Shown here: one piece after another, positions 1 to 10,081 of the stretch | Numbering within the stretch: position 1 is the first letter of the stretch | Layout: every line of letters begins with the position of its first letter | NCBI GenBank assembly: GCA_963666735.1 | Contig: OY762926.1 | Location: 384,001-448,000 of the forward strand | Reading direction: 5' to 3' | Origin: Gemmatimonadota bacterium | GTDB lineage: Bacteria > Gemmatimonadota > Gemmatimonadetes > Palauibacterales > Palauibacteraceae | Length of the DNA: 64,000 bases | The notes under the pieces: model-generated | What the model was told of the DNA's origin: nothing | Databases searched by the model: none | Seen by the model: only the letters and a program-made list of their open reading frames with translations | Translations under genes and position numbers: made by a program

Positions 1-1
1 A

Positions 2-1105
2 GTCGTCGGGATACGCATCGTTGGCCCAGGAGGCGTTCGTGTCCTGGACATCGAGGTTGTCCTCCTGCCCGAACTTCCACCAGCCGTCCGTCCACTGGAA
101 CGTCATCCCGCCGATGGAATTGCCCACGCCGCCCTTGCCGGCGGACTCTTCGTAAATCTCCTGCCACTGGTCGAGGAGATAGCGTGTCTGCATGAGCTGG
201 TCTTCGCGCATCGCGCGCGCGTTCCACACGTCCGCTCCGAACTCCGTGAACAGCACGCCCATCCCGAGCTTCTCGTCGACTTCCTCGAAGAAATCGTTGA
301 ACGACCGGCCGCGGTACACGTTCGCGCCGAGGACGTCGAGGTTCCCCGCCTCCTCGGCGATGAGGTCGATGTACTGCAGGTCGCCGTTCGCGTAGGCCAC
401 GGGACGCGTGGGATCCATCTCCTTGATGAGCTCCGTCGCGTCCCCGACGAGCGAGTACAGGTAACGGGCGCGGCCGATGTCCCGCTCGCCCTCCGGCATG
501 TCCTCGGTCTCCGCCGAGCTCCAGAAAAGACCGTAGTTGTTCTCGTTGCCGAGCAGCCACATCAGCACGCCGGGCGTGTCCCTGAACGCCTCCACCATGT
601 CCTCGACCTCGGCGAGAACGACGGCGCGGGATGCGGGGTCCGCGTAGTTGGTGTTGGCCTCGAACACGCCGTTGACCGTCACGCCGTAGCGGCCGAGCGC
701 GTGGTTGAGGACGGTCCAGATGCCGTAGTTCTCCCAGATGTACTCGACCCACTCCGGCGTAATCCCGACGTAGGCCCGAATCGCGTTGACTCCCATCGCC
801 CTGGCGAGACCCATCTCCCGGTCGAGCGCCGCCTTGATCAGGTCGTCCGACTCGGTCCAGAAGTTGTAGTTGTAGGTCGTGCCGCGGGGGAAGTAATCCC
901 AGTTAATGCCGAGGACCATGAAGTCGTCGCCGTCCACCTGCAGCCTGATCCCGCTGTCGTCCCTCACGAGTTCAATCCCGGGGAGCGGAGGATCGGCGGA
1001 TTGCGCTGCGACACCGGGGAGACCGAACAGGGCGATCGACACGACAAGGGCGCTCCCGAGGCCGAGGAGGCGCTGCCGGAGTCGGGGGAAAGTCGCGCCG
1101 GGCAT
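2..1105 (-). CDS. Secreted glycoside hydrolase, GH2-type TIM barrel (runs off the left edge)
   Basis: Own translation (absent from ORF track): MPGATFPRL...signal peptide, GINWDYFPRG, LLGNENNYG (acid/base), FTEFGAD (nucleophile); GGAGG RBS upstream of ATG at 1105. Confidence 0.8.
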   Translation of the reverse strand, partial: MPGATFPRLRQRLLGLGSALVVSIALFGLPGVAAQSADPPLPGIELVRDDSGIRLQVDGDDFMVLGINWDYFPRGTTYNYNFWTESDDLIKAALDREMGLARAMGVNAIRAYVGITPEWVEYIWENYGIWTVLNHALGRYGVTVNGVFEANTNYADPASRAVVLAEVEDMVEAFRDTPGVLMWLLGNENNYGLFWSSAETEDMPEGERDIGRARYLYSLVGDATELIKEMDPTRPVAYANGDLQYIDLIAEEAGNLDVLGANVYRGRSFNDFFEEVDEKLGMGVLFTEFGADVWNARAMREDQLMQTRYLLDQWQEIYEESAGKGGVGNSIGGMTFQWTDGWWKFGQEDNLDVQDTNASWANDAYPDD

Positions 1106-1319
1106 GGTGGCCTCCGCTTGCTCGGGACTGGTTTTGAAGCATCGTCGCGTTCACGGACCAAGCTACCGGTCTTGGGGGCGTGACCGCCAGAAGAAGCGTT
1201 GTCCTGTGAGAAGCGAGCCTGAACGGGGGACCGGGTTTCCACCCGGAGGCGAGTCTGGAGCGCGCGTGGGCTCCATCGCTGAACGGGTATGGCCCGTAAA
1301 CGGCCCCGCCTCCGGAACG

Positions 1320-2024
1320 TCAGCGGGGCAGGCCGATCCCCACGGAGAGCGTCGCCCCGCTGGCGGAATACGCGTAGTCGAAAAGCATACCGGGAATCTC
1401 TTCCGCCCACTCGGTCAGGGAGCGCGAGTAGCCGAGGCGCAGATCGATCCGCCAACCCCTGTCGAGCAGCAACCCGAGGCCGACCGTCACCGGCCGCCGG
1501 GCGCGTTGCTCTCGCCGCTCTCCCCGTTCGCCGTTCTCCGGGTTGACGCCGCTCGTCGCGAACTCGCTCCACATCCGGCGGATCCCGCCGAACACATAGC
1601 CCTGCGTCGAGTTGCCCCCGGCACCGAGTCCGAGGAATACGTTGACCCCGACTCCGAAGCGGTCGTGGAGGTCCCACTCGCCGGGCCACACATCGTGCGG
1701 TTCGCCGTTCGGCGTGGGTTCGATCGTCCCCTCGATCTTTCCCCGTCCGTCAACCACTCCCTCGAACTCCAGGCCCGCGAGCAGCCCGCCGAGGATCCGC
1801 GTGCGGAGCCCGACGGAGGGGTTGATCGCGAAGGTCGGACCCGAGGCCGTCGTGGCGCTCTCGCTCGAGCCGTCGCCCACCGTCACGCGCTTGGAGTGTT
1901 CCGCGGAGAGCCAGCCGGCCTCGGGCGCCAGCCGAAGGAACATCTCGGACTGAGCGCGGATCGGCGGCGCGGCCAGCATGGAGACGCAGACAGCGAGGGT
2001 TTTGGGTCCGGCGAACCGGATCAC
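1320..2024 (-). CDS. Hypothetical exported, outer-membrane beta-barrel-like protein
   Basis: Signal peptide; alternating amphipathic beta-strand pattern; overlaps the upstream lipoprotein gene by 4 nt. Confidence 0.55.
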   Translation of the reverse strand: MIRFAGPKTLAVCVSMLAAPPIRAQSEMFLRLAPEAGWLSAEHSKRVTVGDGSSESATTASGPTFAINPSVGLRTRILGGLLAGLEFEGVVDGRGKIEGTIEPTPNGEPHDVWPGEWDLHDRFGVGVNVFLGLGAGGNSTQGYVFGGIRRMWSEFATSGVNPENGERGERREQRARRPVTVGLGLLLDRGWRIDLRLGYSRSLTEWAEEIPGMLFDYAYSASGATLSVGIGLPR

Positions 2025-2452
2025 CGAGGCGCGGATCTTCCGGTCACCGCGACCACGCCGCAGTTCGTGAGCAGGCGCTGCGCGTCGGCCTTGCCGGAGT
2101 CGGAAGGTCCGAGCCGGTTCTCGCCTTGTTCGTCCTCGTCCTCGAGGCGCGAGGCGACGACGCGAATATGCGTGTTTCCCGTGGCGGGATTGTCGAACAC
2201 GCTCGCCGTCAGGATGTCGTGCCGCGCCCCGGCGAAGAGTGCCTCCACGACGCCGGAGGTCTGCCTGCGACCCCGCACGAACCCGGCCTCGAGATTGCCG
2301 TCCTCGATCGTGTAGTCCATGAGGTTCAATTGCGCGACCGCGCAGCGATAGGCCGTTTCCAGCCCCGGCGGAGCGACGCCCTGGAGTGAGACGGGCGCGG
2401 TGGAACAGCCCGCGAGCACGATCGCGACCGGGATTCCCGCGACTCTCTTCAT
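2021..2452 (-). CDS. Hypothetical lipoprotein
   Basis: MKRVAGIPVAIVLAGC lipobox; GGAGA RBS upstream of ATG 2452. Confidence 0.65.
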   Translation of the reverse strand: MKRVAGIPVAIVLAGCSTAPVSLQGVAPPGLETAYRCAVAQLNLMDYTIEDGNLEAGFVRGRRQTSGVVEALFAGARHDILTASVFDNPATGNTHIRVVASRLEDEDEQGENRLGPSDSGKADAQRLLTNCGVVAVTGRSAPR

Positions 2453-2507
2453 GTCTTCAATCTCCGGGGATTGCAGATTCGCCGCCAGTAGTGAAGCCTT
2501 CGATCCC

Positions 2508-3479
2508 ATGACGATCCGAGTTCGCGCGCCGTCACGCGCCGCCGCCGCAGTGATCCTCGTGACCGGTTCGATCGCGCTGGGCGGAGGGGCCTGCTCTTCT
2601 CATCCCGGCACGGTCACCGGCGGGGGAACCCCCCGGGTCTTGTTGATCGGGATCGACGGCGTGCGCCCGGATGTGCTCGCGGACGTGCCGACTCCGGTCA
2701 TGGATTCCCTCGCCGCGGGCGGATGGTACACGGCGGACACGCGCACGACCATCCCACCGGTCAGCGGCCCGGCCTGGTCTTCGATCCTCACCGGCGTGTG
2801 GCCGGCGAAACACGGTGTGCTGGATAACGGATTCCAGGGGCGGCGATACGCGGAGCACGCGGATTTTCTGACGCTCGTTGAGCGGGAGCGACCCGGCCTC
2901 TCGACGTTCGCGGCCCTCGACTGGTTGCCCCTGGCCGTCCTCGATGGGGGAGGCCCGGCGCTATCCGATGCCATCGACACGCGGTTTGTCGTGGACGGGT
3001 ACGAACTCGGGTGGGCGGAAGCGGACAGCACCATCGCGGGCCGAGCGGCGGAACATCTGGCGGAAGCAGACCCGGCCGCGGCTTTCGTCTACCTCGGGAA
3101 TCCGGATGAGACGAGTCATCGACACGGGTCGGTCGGGGCCGAATACCGCGACGCGATCGCCCTGTCGGATCGCCACGTCGGCTGGATGATGGAGGCGCTG
3201 CGGGCGCGGCCCACATACGAGGAGGAGGACTGGCTCGTGCTCATTAGCACGGACCACGGCCGGCGCGAGGACGGCGGCCACGGCGGAGACTCGCCGGAAG
3301 AGATGACGATCTTCATCCTCGCGAGCGGTGAGGCGACGAGACACTGGCCCGCGGCGGGATCCGGCCCCACCTACATCGTCGATGTCCCGGTCACGGCGCT
3401 CCACCACCTGGGCGTGTCCGCCGGTTCCGACGCCGACTTCGACGGTACGCCGCTCGGTACTCCGCGCGTGGACCCGTAG
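2508..3479 (+). CDS. Alkaline phosphatase / nucleotide pyrophosphatase family lipoprotein
   Basis: LLIGIDGVR, SGPAWSSILTG, DETSH..G and STDHG metal motifs. Confidence 0.85.
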   Translation: MTIRVRAPSRAAAAVILVTGSIALGGGACSSHPGTVTGGGTPRVLLIGIDGVRPDVLADVPTPVMDSLAAGGWYTADTRTTIPPVSGPAWSSILTGVWPAKHGVLDNGFQGRRYAEHADFLTLVERERPGLSTFAALDWLPLAVLDGGGPALSDAIDTRFVVDGYELGWAEADSTIAGRAAEHLAEADPAAAFVYLGNPDETSHRHGSVGAEYRDAIALSDRHVGWMMEALRARPTYEEEDWLVLISTDHGRREDGGHGGDSPEEMTIFILASGEATRHWPAAGSGPTYIVDVPVTALHHLGVSAGSDADFDGTPLGTPRVDP

Positions 3480-3674
3480 CCGGGGACACGCTGCGGCGCG
3501 GGGGTTCATGTGGCCGCCTCGAGCCAATCGAACGGTCGTCCGAAACGTCCACGCGCCGGAGTCATCGTACCGTTGCGCGCGTGCCGTGGCGGACCCCGCC
3601 CGAACGCTGGCGGGACGTACCGGTGTCGCGCCAGTTTGAGGCAGGGGAGATTCACACCAGGAACGGGGGATGAG

Positions 3675-4883
3675 ATGTCCGAGATGAGTCGTCGCGGTTT
3701 CATCGGCCGGGGTTTGAGCCTTGGGGCGGCAGCCGCCGTCGCGGGCGCGGCGCCGGCCCAGGCTTCGGCCCGGCGGGGGTGTCCCTCGCTGGCGTCGAGC
3801 GGGCGCGCGCAGACGCCGATGATGATCACAAGCCATACGAACGATACGGGGCGCCGAGCCGCCACTGCGGCGTGGCAGATCCTGTCGGGCGGCGGCGGGG
3901 CGATGGACGCGGTCGAACGCGGCGCGAACATCATCGAACTCGACCCCGACGGGACGAGCGTCGGCTGGGGCGGCTTGCCCAACGCCGACGGCGTCGTCCA
4001 GCTCGATGCGTCCGTCATGGACGGGGCCACCTACAACGCCGGCTCGGTCGCCGGCATTGAGGGAATCCGCACTCCCGCGTCGGTGGCCCGGCTCGTCATG
4101 GAGCGCACCGACCACGTCATGCTGGTCGGTGAATTTGCGCAGCGCTTCGCGGTCGGCTTCGGCTTTGAGGTCCAGGATCTGATGACGCCGAAGTCGCGTG
4201 AGATCTGGCTTCGCTGGCGCGAGCGCCTGTCCGACTCGGACGACTGGGGACCGCCGGACCACCTGCGGCGTCCGGGCGGAGACTCCGGCGGTGGCTCCGG
4301 CGGCGGGCTCGCCCGCGCCGGATTCGGCGAGGATGCCTGGAGGCGGGAAGCGGAAGAGTGGGCGGAACTGCTCGACCTGCCCGGCCGCGACGGCCCCGGC
4401 CGCGACTACGTCCTGGCGGACGCCCTCATCCACCGCTACGGGACGACGAACGTGCTCGCCGTCGACGCGCAGGGGAACGTTTCGGGCATCACGACGACGA
4501 GCGGACTCGCCTGGAAGGTCCCCGGCCGCGTGGGCGACTCGCCGATCATCGGCGCCGGCCTGTACGTGGACAACGACATCGGCGCCGCCGCCGTGACGGG
4601 ACGGGGCGAGGACGTGATCAAGTCGTGCGCCGGATACTACATCGTCTCGCGGATGGGCGAGGGGCGCACGCCGCAGCAGGCCTGCGAGGACGCCGTGGCC
4701 ATGATCCGCCACAAGTACCGGAACGTGGCGCCGGATTTCATCCCGTCCGAGAAGTTCGTCGCGATCAACAAGGACGGGGACCATGGCTGCGCCTGGATGC
4801 CCTTCCGCGACACGCCGCCCCGCATGACCGTGGCGAACGCGGACGGGATCCAGACGTACGAGGGGGTGAGCGTCGCCGACTGA
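3675..4883 (+). CDS. Tat-exported N(4)-(beta-N-acetylglucosaminyl)-L-asparaginase / isoaspartyl peptidase (Ntn hydrolase)
   Basis: SRRGFI Tat signal; LDASVMDG, TTTSG, GRVGDSPIIGAG, TGRGE motifs. Confidence 0.85.
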   Translation: MSEMSRRGFIGRGLSLGAAAAVAGAAPAQASARRGCPSLASSGRAQTPMMITSHTNDTGRRAATAAWQILSGGGGAMDAVERGANIIELDPDGTSVGWGGLPNADGVVQLDASVMDGATYNAGSVAGIEGIRTPASVARLVMERTDHVMLVGEFAQRFAVGFGFEVQDLMTPKSREIWLRWRERLSDSDDWGPPDHLRRPGGDSGGGSGGGLARAGFGEDAWRREAEEWAELLDLPGRDGPGRDYVLADALIHRYGTTNVLAVDAQGNVSGITTTSGLAWKVPGRVGDSPIIGAGLYVDNDIGAAAVTGRGEDVIKSCAGYYIVSRMGEGRTPQQACEDAVAMIRHKYRNVAPDFIPSEKFVAINKDGDHGCAWMPFRDTPPRMTVANADGIQTYEGVSVAD

Positions 4884-4914
4884 CGAGGCGCCCGGCCCCG
4901 ACCCCGAGTCCGCC

Positions 4915-5370
4915 GTGTCCGAAGTGACCGTGATCGTCAGGGAAGCGGGTCTCGAGGATGTCGGCCGCCTCGCGCCGCTGTTCGACGGATACCGCCAGTT
5001 CTACCGCCAACCGGCGGATCCGGAGGGTGCCCGCCGGTTCCTGGCCGAACGTCTGGGAGCCGGCGAGTCGCGCATCTTCCTGGCGGAGACCGAGGACCGC
5101 TGGCCGCTGGGGTTCGTGCAACTCTTCCCGTCCTTCTCCTCCGTATCGATGAGGCGGCTCTGGATTCTCAACGACCTCTTCGTCGCGCCGGACGCGCGCC
5201 GGTCCGGGGTCGCGCGCGCCCTCATGAACCGAGCGCGGGACCTCGCCGTCGAAACCGGCGCCAAGGGCCTCATCCTGGAGACCGAATCCCACAACGCCCC
5301 CGCAAGGAGACTGTACGAAGGCCTGGGCTGGGCGCTCGACGGCGCCGACCACTACGAGTTGTTCGTGTGA
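4915..5370 (+). CDS. GNAT family N-acetyltransferase
   Basis: LNDLFVAPDARRSGVA motif A; N..ARRLYE motif. Confidence 0.85.
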   Translation: MSEVTVIVREAGLEDVGRLAPLFDGYRQFYRQPADPEGARRFLAERLGAGESRIFLAETEDRWPLGFVQLFPSFSSVSMRRLWILNDLFVAPDARRSGVARALMNRARDLAVETGAKGLILETESHNAPARRLYEGLGWALDGADHYELFV

Positions 5371-5846
5371 ATCCCCGTGTGAGCACCGCGGTCCGCACGG
5401 TGGTTCCGGTGCTGCTGCTGCCCGCGCTCGCGGCTGTCGCATGCGCTGCCGGATCGGCGGAGGGACCCGGCGCCGGGAGATCCGGCCGGGAGTTGCGACT
5501 GTCGCTATCGGCCGGCGAAGAGTCGCCGGCGGCCGCCACACCCGTCGTCCTCGAGTTGACCGGCACGAACGAGGGCCAGGCCGCGCTCATCCTCGATTTC
5601 CCCGACGGGCAGCGCTACGATTTCGAGGTGATCTCGGAGGATGGGGCCGTCGTCTGGCATTGGGGGGAGGGCAGGTTCTTCGCCCAGGTGCTGGGACGCG
5701 AGACGCTCGAACCCGGCGCCTCTCTGCACTGGACCGGGAGAATCGAAGCCGGGCTGCCGGCTGGTGTTTACCGCGTCCTCGCCACACTCACCACGGTGGA
5801 GCCTCACACCATCGAGGCCACGCTCACCGTCCTTCCGCGGAGCTAG
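5367..5846 (+). CDS. Lipoprotein with BsuPI-like proteinase-inhibitor domain
   Basis: Lipobox AVAC; F.DGQRYDF...VWHW.EG.FFAQ pattern. Confidence 0.7.
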   Translation: MNPRVSTAVRTVVPVLLLPALAAVACAAGSAEGPGAGRSGRELRLSLSAGEESPAAATPVVLELTGTNEGQAALILDFPDGQRYDFEVISEDGAVVWHWGEGRFFAQVLGRETLEPGASLHWTGRIEAGLPAGVYRVLATLTTVEPHTIEATLTVLPRS

Positions 5847-5852
5847 CGACCG

Positions 5853-7661
5853 TTGAACGACACACCCTCGAACGACACGACGCCGACAGGACTCGCCACG
5901 GATCCCGACGCACTCGAGCCCGACCTTCTGCAAGCCGTCTCCTTCGATGCGGGGTGGTCCCTGCTCGAGCGCTTCTCGACTCTCGTGCGAGAGTCCGGAA
6001 GCGAAGACGAGCACGCCGCGGCCGAGTACATCGCCGCCGTACTTGGCGGGATGGGCGTGCCGTTCGAGATGCACGAGCCGGATCTCTACCTCTCCCTCCC
6101 CCGCGAGTCCTCGGTGGAGTGGAGCGGCGGGTCGATACGGGCCAAGCCGCCGTCCTTCGCGGTACCGACGCAGGGTGGCGGGCTCGAAGGGGAACTCGTC
6201 TTCGTCCCGGCCGCGGCCGCGACGGGGCAGCGAGACCTGTTCGCGAAACGGCTCGGCGACGACCTGCCCGACGTGGCCGGCAAGATCGTGCTCAGCGAGG
6301 GATTCGCGATGCCGGGCATGGTCTCCGCCTTCGAGGCGGCGGGCGCGGTGGGACAGGTCTTCATCAACCCCGGGCGGAACATCCACTGGGGGATCTGCAC
6401 GTCGATCTGGGGCACGCCGACGGCCAGGAACCTCGCCACGAAGCCCGGGACGCCCGTGGTCGCGGTCAACAACCCCGATGGAGAGCGGCTGAAGGAGGCC
6501 GTGGGCGAAACCGTCGGGCTGCGCGTCCGGCTGGAAGAAGGCTGGTATCCGTGCAAGCTGCCCGTGGCGCACATCGCCGGCGCGTCGGAGGAGTTCATGC
6601 TCGTGCACGGGCACTACGACTCGTGGGATGCCGGGATCGGCGACAACGCGGTCGGCGATGCGACGCTGCTGGAACTGGCCCGGATCTTCCACGCGGAAGC
6701 GGGGCGGCTGAAGCGCTCGCTGCGCATCGCCTGGTGGCCGGCGCACTCGACGGGGCGCTACGGCGGCTCCACCTGGTATGCCGACACGCACGCGCTGGAA
6801 CTCCGCAAGCGCTGCGTGGGCGCGATCAATATCGACTCGCCGGGCTGCTGGCACGCGACGGAGTATGACGACGTGATGTGGATGGCCGAGGCGGGGCCGC
6901 TGTGCGCGCGCGCAATCGCAGACGTCACGGGGAAGACGGCGAAACGGCTGCGGCCGCTGCGGGCCGGCGACTATTCCTTCAATCAGATCGGGCTCACCTC
7001 GTTCTACATGTTGCTCTCGAACATCCCCGCGGAGGAGCGCGCGGCGCTCGGCTTCTATCCCACCGGCGGGTGCGGGGGAAATATCGCGTGGCACACCGAA
7101 GACGATGTCATGGCCGTCGCCGAGCGGGAGAACCTCGAGCGCGACCTGAGCGTCTACGTGGCATCGATCGCGCGTGTGCTCAACGCGCCGATCCTCCCGT
7201 ACGACTTCCGCGAGACCGTCTCGGAACTGACGGGGTTCGTCGACGACTACGCGGAGGCGGCCGGGGATCTGCTCGACCTCGGCGCGGTCCGTGCGGAACT
7301 CCGGACGCTGAGCGTGGCGCTGGACGACCTGTACGCCGCCATCGGGGAGGGACGACCGGATGGGGCGGCGGCCGGGACCGTGAATGAGTTGTTCCTCGAG
7401 TTGTCCCGCATCCTGGTGCCGATCGGCTACGCGGAGGGAGGGCCGTTCGACCACGATCCGGCCCTGCCGCGGACGCCGATCCCGCGGCTCGCGAGGGTGG
7501 CCGAGTTGTCGAGCCTCGCGGAATCCGGCTCCGACGCGCTGCCCTTCCTCGTGAACGAACTGCGTCGGGAGGCGAACCATGTGGCGAACGGCTTCCACGA
7601 GGCGGCCCGGGCGGTGCGGCGCGTGCTGGCGCGGTTGACGGCTTCGGCGCCGGCGGGCTGA
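5853..7661 (+). CDS. M28 family metallopeptidase (PA-domain type)
   Basis: HGHYDSW, GDNAVG, NIDSPG, WHT..D motifs. Confidence 0.8.
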   Translation: MNDTPSNDTTPTGLATDPDALEPDLLQAVSFDAGWSLLERFSTLVRESGSEDEHAAAEYIAAVLGGMGVPFEMHEPDLYLSLPRESSVEWSGGSIRAKPPSFAVPTQGGGLEGELVFVPAAAATGQRDLFAKRLGDDLPDVAGKIVLSEGFAMPGMVSAFEAAGAVGQVFINPGRNIHWGICTSIWGTPTARNLATKPGTPVVAVNNPDGERLKEAVGETVGLRVRLEEGWYPCKLPVAHIAGASEEFMLVHGHYDSWDAGIGDNAVGDATLLELARIFHAEAGRLKRSLRIAWWPAHSTGRYGGSTWYADTHALELRKRCVGAINIDSPGCWHATEYDDVMWMAEAGPLCARAIADVTGKTAKRLRPLRAGDYSFNQIGLTSFYMLLSNIPAEERAALGFYPTGGCGGNIAWHTEDDVMAVAERENLERDLSVYVASIARVLNAPILPYDFRETVSELTGFVDDYAEAAGDLLDLGAVRAELRTLSVALDDLYAAIGEGRPDGAAAGTVNELFLELSRILVPIGYAEGGPFDHDPALPRTPIPRLARVAELSSLAESGSDALPFLVNELRREANHVANGFHEAARAVRRVLARLTASAPAG

Positions 7662-7666
7662 CGCGG

Positions 7667-8380
7667 GTGCGAGGCAGGAGGGGAGGATCGGTGCGCGCGG
7701 CTGCGGCGGCGGCACTGGCGCTGGTGGCGGCACCCGCGCTGGCGGGCCTGTCCGTGGCGGCGCCGGCGGCGGCGCAGACGACGGACACGGTATTCGTCCG
7801 GCTGGATGCCGACGGCGCGGCCCACGTTCGGCAGGGCCTCCCGCCGGAGGGCGGTGCCGTGCGGGCATTCGCGATTCGGATCGAGCACCAGGCCCTGTCG
7901 CTGACGGAAGCGGCGCCGGACGGCGGGCGCCCGCCCGACGTCGATGCCGCGCTGACCCCGGTCGACGGCGCGTACCGCATCGACGTGGTCTCCGACGCGC
8001 CGGTCGTCGTGTCCTACACCGTCCGGAATCCGGTGCGCGGACGGCTGGACCGGATCCCCCTCTTCGTCGCCGGCCGGGAGGCCGAGGAGACCGTCGTACA
8101 GGAGGTCACGGCGCCGTGGCTGATTCGGCTGGAGGGAGATCCGGACGTACTCGATGCGCTGGACCTGTCGACCAGCCTGCCGCGCTTCGTCCGAACGGGC
8201 GATGACATCGTGACGGCCACCCTGTCGAGCGTGCCGGGGCTGCTGCGGCTGTCCCGCGGGGGCGCGCTCTCGTTCGCGCGCATCGCCGACTTCGCCGTGC
8301 TCGCGCTGCTCCTGGCCGGGGCGATCTGGACGTGGCGGAACGCGCGTGCGCGCCGCGAGGGAGCCGGAGCCGCCCCGTGA
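7667..8380 (+). CDS. Exported protein with C-terminal membrane anchor
   Basis: Ala-rich signal peptide and C-terminal TM helix; packed within an operon; start uncertain. Confidence 0.55.
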   Translation: MRGRRGGSVRAAAAAALALVAAPALAGLSVAAPAAAQTTDTVFVRLDADGAAHVRQGLPPEGGAVRAFAIRIEHQALSLTEAAPDGGRPPDVDAALTPVDGAYRIDVVSDAPVVVSYTVRNPVRGRLDRIPLFVAGREAEETVVQEVTAPWLIRLEGDPDVLDALDLSTSLPRFVRTGDDIVTATLSSVPGLLRLSRGGALSFARIADFAVLALLLAGAIWTWRNARARREGAGAAP

Positions 8381-8583
8381 CGATCATCCTGATCGCGGCG
8401 GGCTTCTTCGCCCTCGGCCTCACGGTGATCCTCCTGTTCCGGAAGACCATCCGCGCCGACGACGAGCTGGACCGCCGTTGGGCCGAGGTGGTCGCACAGC
8501 GCTCGCGACGTACGGCCTCGCCCTCCCCGCCCGGGAAGACCGCGGAACCCGACGGGCGCGAACCGCCCGGCGCGCCGACATGA
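8377..8583 (+). CDS. Small single-TM protein preceding the symporter
   Basis: GTG start overlaps the upstream stop and its stop overlaps the symporter ATG; TM helix IILIAAGFFALGLTVILLF. Confidence 0.55.
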   Translation: MTIILIAAGFFALGLTVILLFRKTIRADDELDRRWAEVVAQRSRRTASPSPPGKTAEPDGREPPGAPT

Positions 8584-10028
8584 GCGACGTCTTTTTCGTC
8601 GTCCTCGGCGTCTATGTGGCGATCATCATGGGCATCGCGATCTGGAGCTACTTCCAGACCGAGACCGAAGTCGACTTCCTCGCCGCCGGCCGCTCGATCG
8701 GCCCCATCGTCGGCGGCGCCGTCCTCGCCGCCACGCAGATCTCCGCCGGCACCTTCGTGGGCACCGCCGGCCGCCACTACCTGGCCGGCGTCTCCTGGGT
8801 CTTTCCCTGGCTCGGTCTCTGGACGGGGTGGCTGGTGTGCGCCTTCTTCGTCGCCCCGAAACTGCGGCGTCTCGGCGCGCTCACGGTCCCCGACTACATC
8901 TCCGCCCGCTACGGCAGCCCGAAGGCCGGAGCCCTCGCCGGCATCCTCATCGTCGTGGCCTACACGATCTACCTCGTGGCGCAGTTCCAGGCGGGCGGCG
9001 AGATCGCGGAGGTCGTGTTCGGTATCCGCCCGCTCACCGCGATGCTCATCATCGTGGCATCGACTGCGCTCTACACCCTCCTCGGCGGGGTCCGGTCCAG
9101 TTCCTACATCGACTTCCTGCAGACGCTGATCATGGTCGCGGCGCTCATCGTGGCGGTCCCCGTCCTTCTCAACCAGGTCGGCGGCGGCAGCCCCCTCGCG
9201 GCGGTCGAACGGTCGCTCGACTTCCTGGACACGCTGGACGACCGTCTCGTGGGCTGGTACTACTCACCGCGCGAACTGCTCGCCTTCGCGATCGCGTTCG
9301 GACTCTCGATCGCGGCGGCGCCCTATGAACTCACGCGCTTCTACTCGATGCGTGACGAGCGAACGGTGCGGAAGGCGATCTTCGTGGCGATCGGCTTCCA
9401 GGTCGTGATTGCGACCAGCATCATGTCGATCGGCATGCTCATGCGGGTACTGTTCCCGAACCTCCCTTCCCAGGACCAGGCGACGGCGACGATGGCGCTG
9501 CACGTGCTGCCTCCCGTGGTCGGCGCGCTGCTGCTGGTCGCCATGCTGTCGGCGATCATGTCGACCGTGAACTCGATCCTCCTCGTGACCGGCGCGGGCG
9601 TCGCGCACGACCTGTACGGGAAGTTCATCCGGCCCGACGCGAGCCAGAAGCACCTCGTCAACGCGAACCGGGTGGCGATCGTCGTCCTCGCGATCATCCC
9701 CCTCTTCTTCGCGTTGCAGAAACTGGGGGATGTCCAGGGCATCGTGCTGGAACAGGCGAAGTTCATCGCCTCGTTCTTCTTCGTCCCCATCGTCATCGGT
9801 CTCAACTGGCGGCGGGGGACGGCGAAGGGCGCGGTCGCCTCCATGATCGGGGGCTTCCTGGCCTGCCTTGTGTGGACGCTCTGGTTCCAGGAACACTACT
9901 TCGATCTGTACGGTATCGACTCCGTGGAATTGGGTGTCGGTGCGAGCCTCATCCTGTTCATCATGGTCTCGCTGATGACGAAACCGAATCCCGGCCAGAC
10001 GCTGGAGCCGTTCTTCGGGAACAAGTGA
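8580..10028 (+). CDS. Sodium:solute symporter (SSS/PutP-PanF family)
   Basis: About 13 TM helices; FLAAGRS, ISAGTFVG, YTLLGG, LSAIMSTVNS motifs. Confidence 0.9.
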   Translation: MSDVFFVVLGVYVAIIMGIAIWSYFQTETEVDFLAAGRSIGPIVGGAVLAATQISAGTFVGTAGRHYLAGVSWVFPWLGLWTGWLVCAFFVAPKLRRLGALTVPDYISARYGSPKAGALAGILIVVAYTIYLVAQFQAGGEIAEVVFGIRPLTAMLIIVASTALYTLLGGVRSSSYIDFLQTLIMVAALIVAVPVLLNQVGGGSPLAAVERSLDFLDTLDDRLVGWYYSPRELLAFAIAFGLSIAAAPYELTRFYSMRDERTVRKAIFVAIGFQVVIATSIMSIGMLMRVLFPNLPSQDQATATMALHVLPPVVGALLLVAMLSAIMSTVNSILLVTGAGVAHDLYGKFIRPDASQKHLVNANRVAIVVLAIIPLFFALQKLGDVQGIVLEQAKFIASFFFVPIVIGLNWRRGTAKGAVASMIGGFLACLVWTLWFQEHYFDLYGIDSVELGVGASLILFIMVSLMTKPNPGQTLEPFFGNK

Positions 10029-10081
10029 CCTGCGGACCGCGATCCCGTCCGCGGGTCCGCCAACCATAGGGAGGCCTTCGA

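Noticed and set aside
1217..1302. Repeated CTGAACGGG upstream of the GH2 gene
   Set aside because: Only two 9-bp copies in GC-rich DNA; insufficient support for an operator
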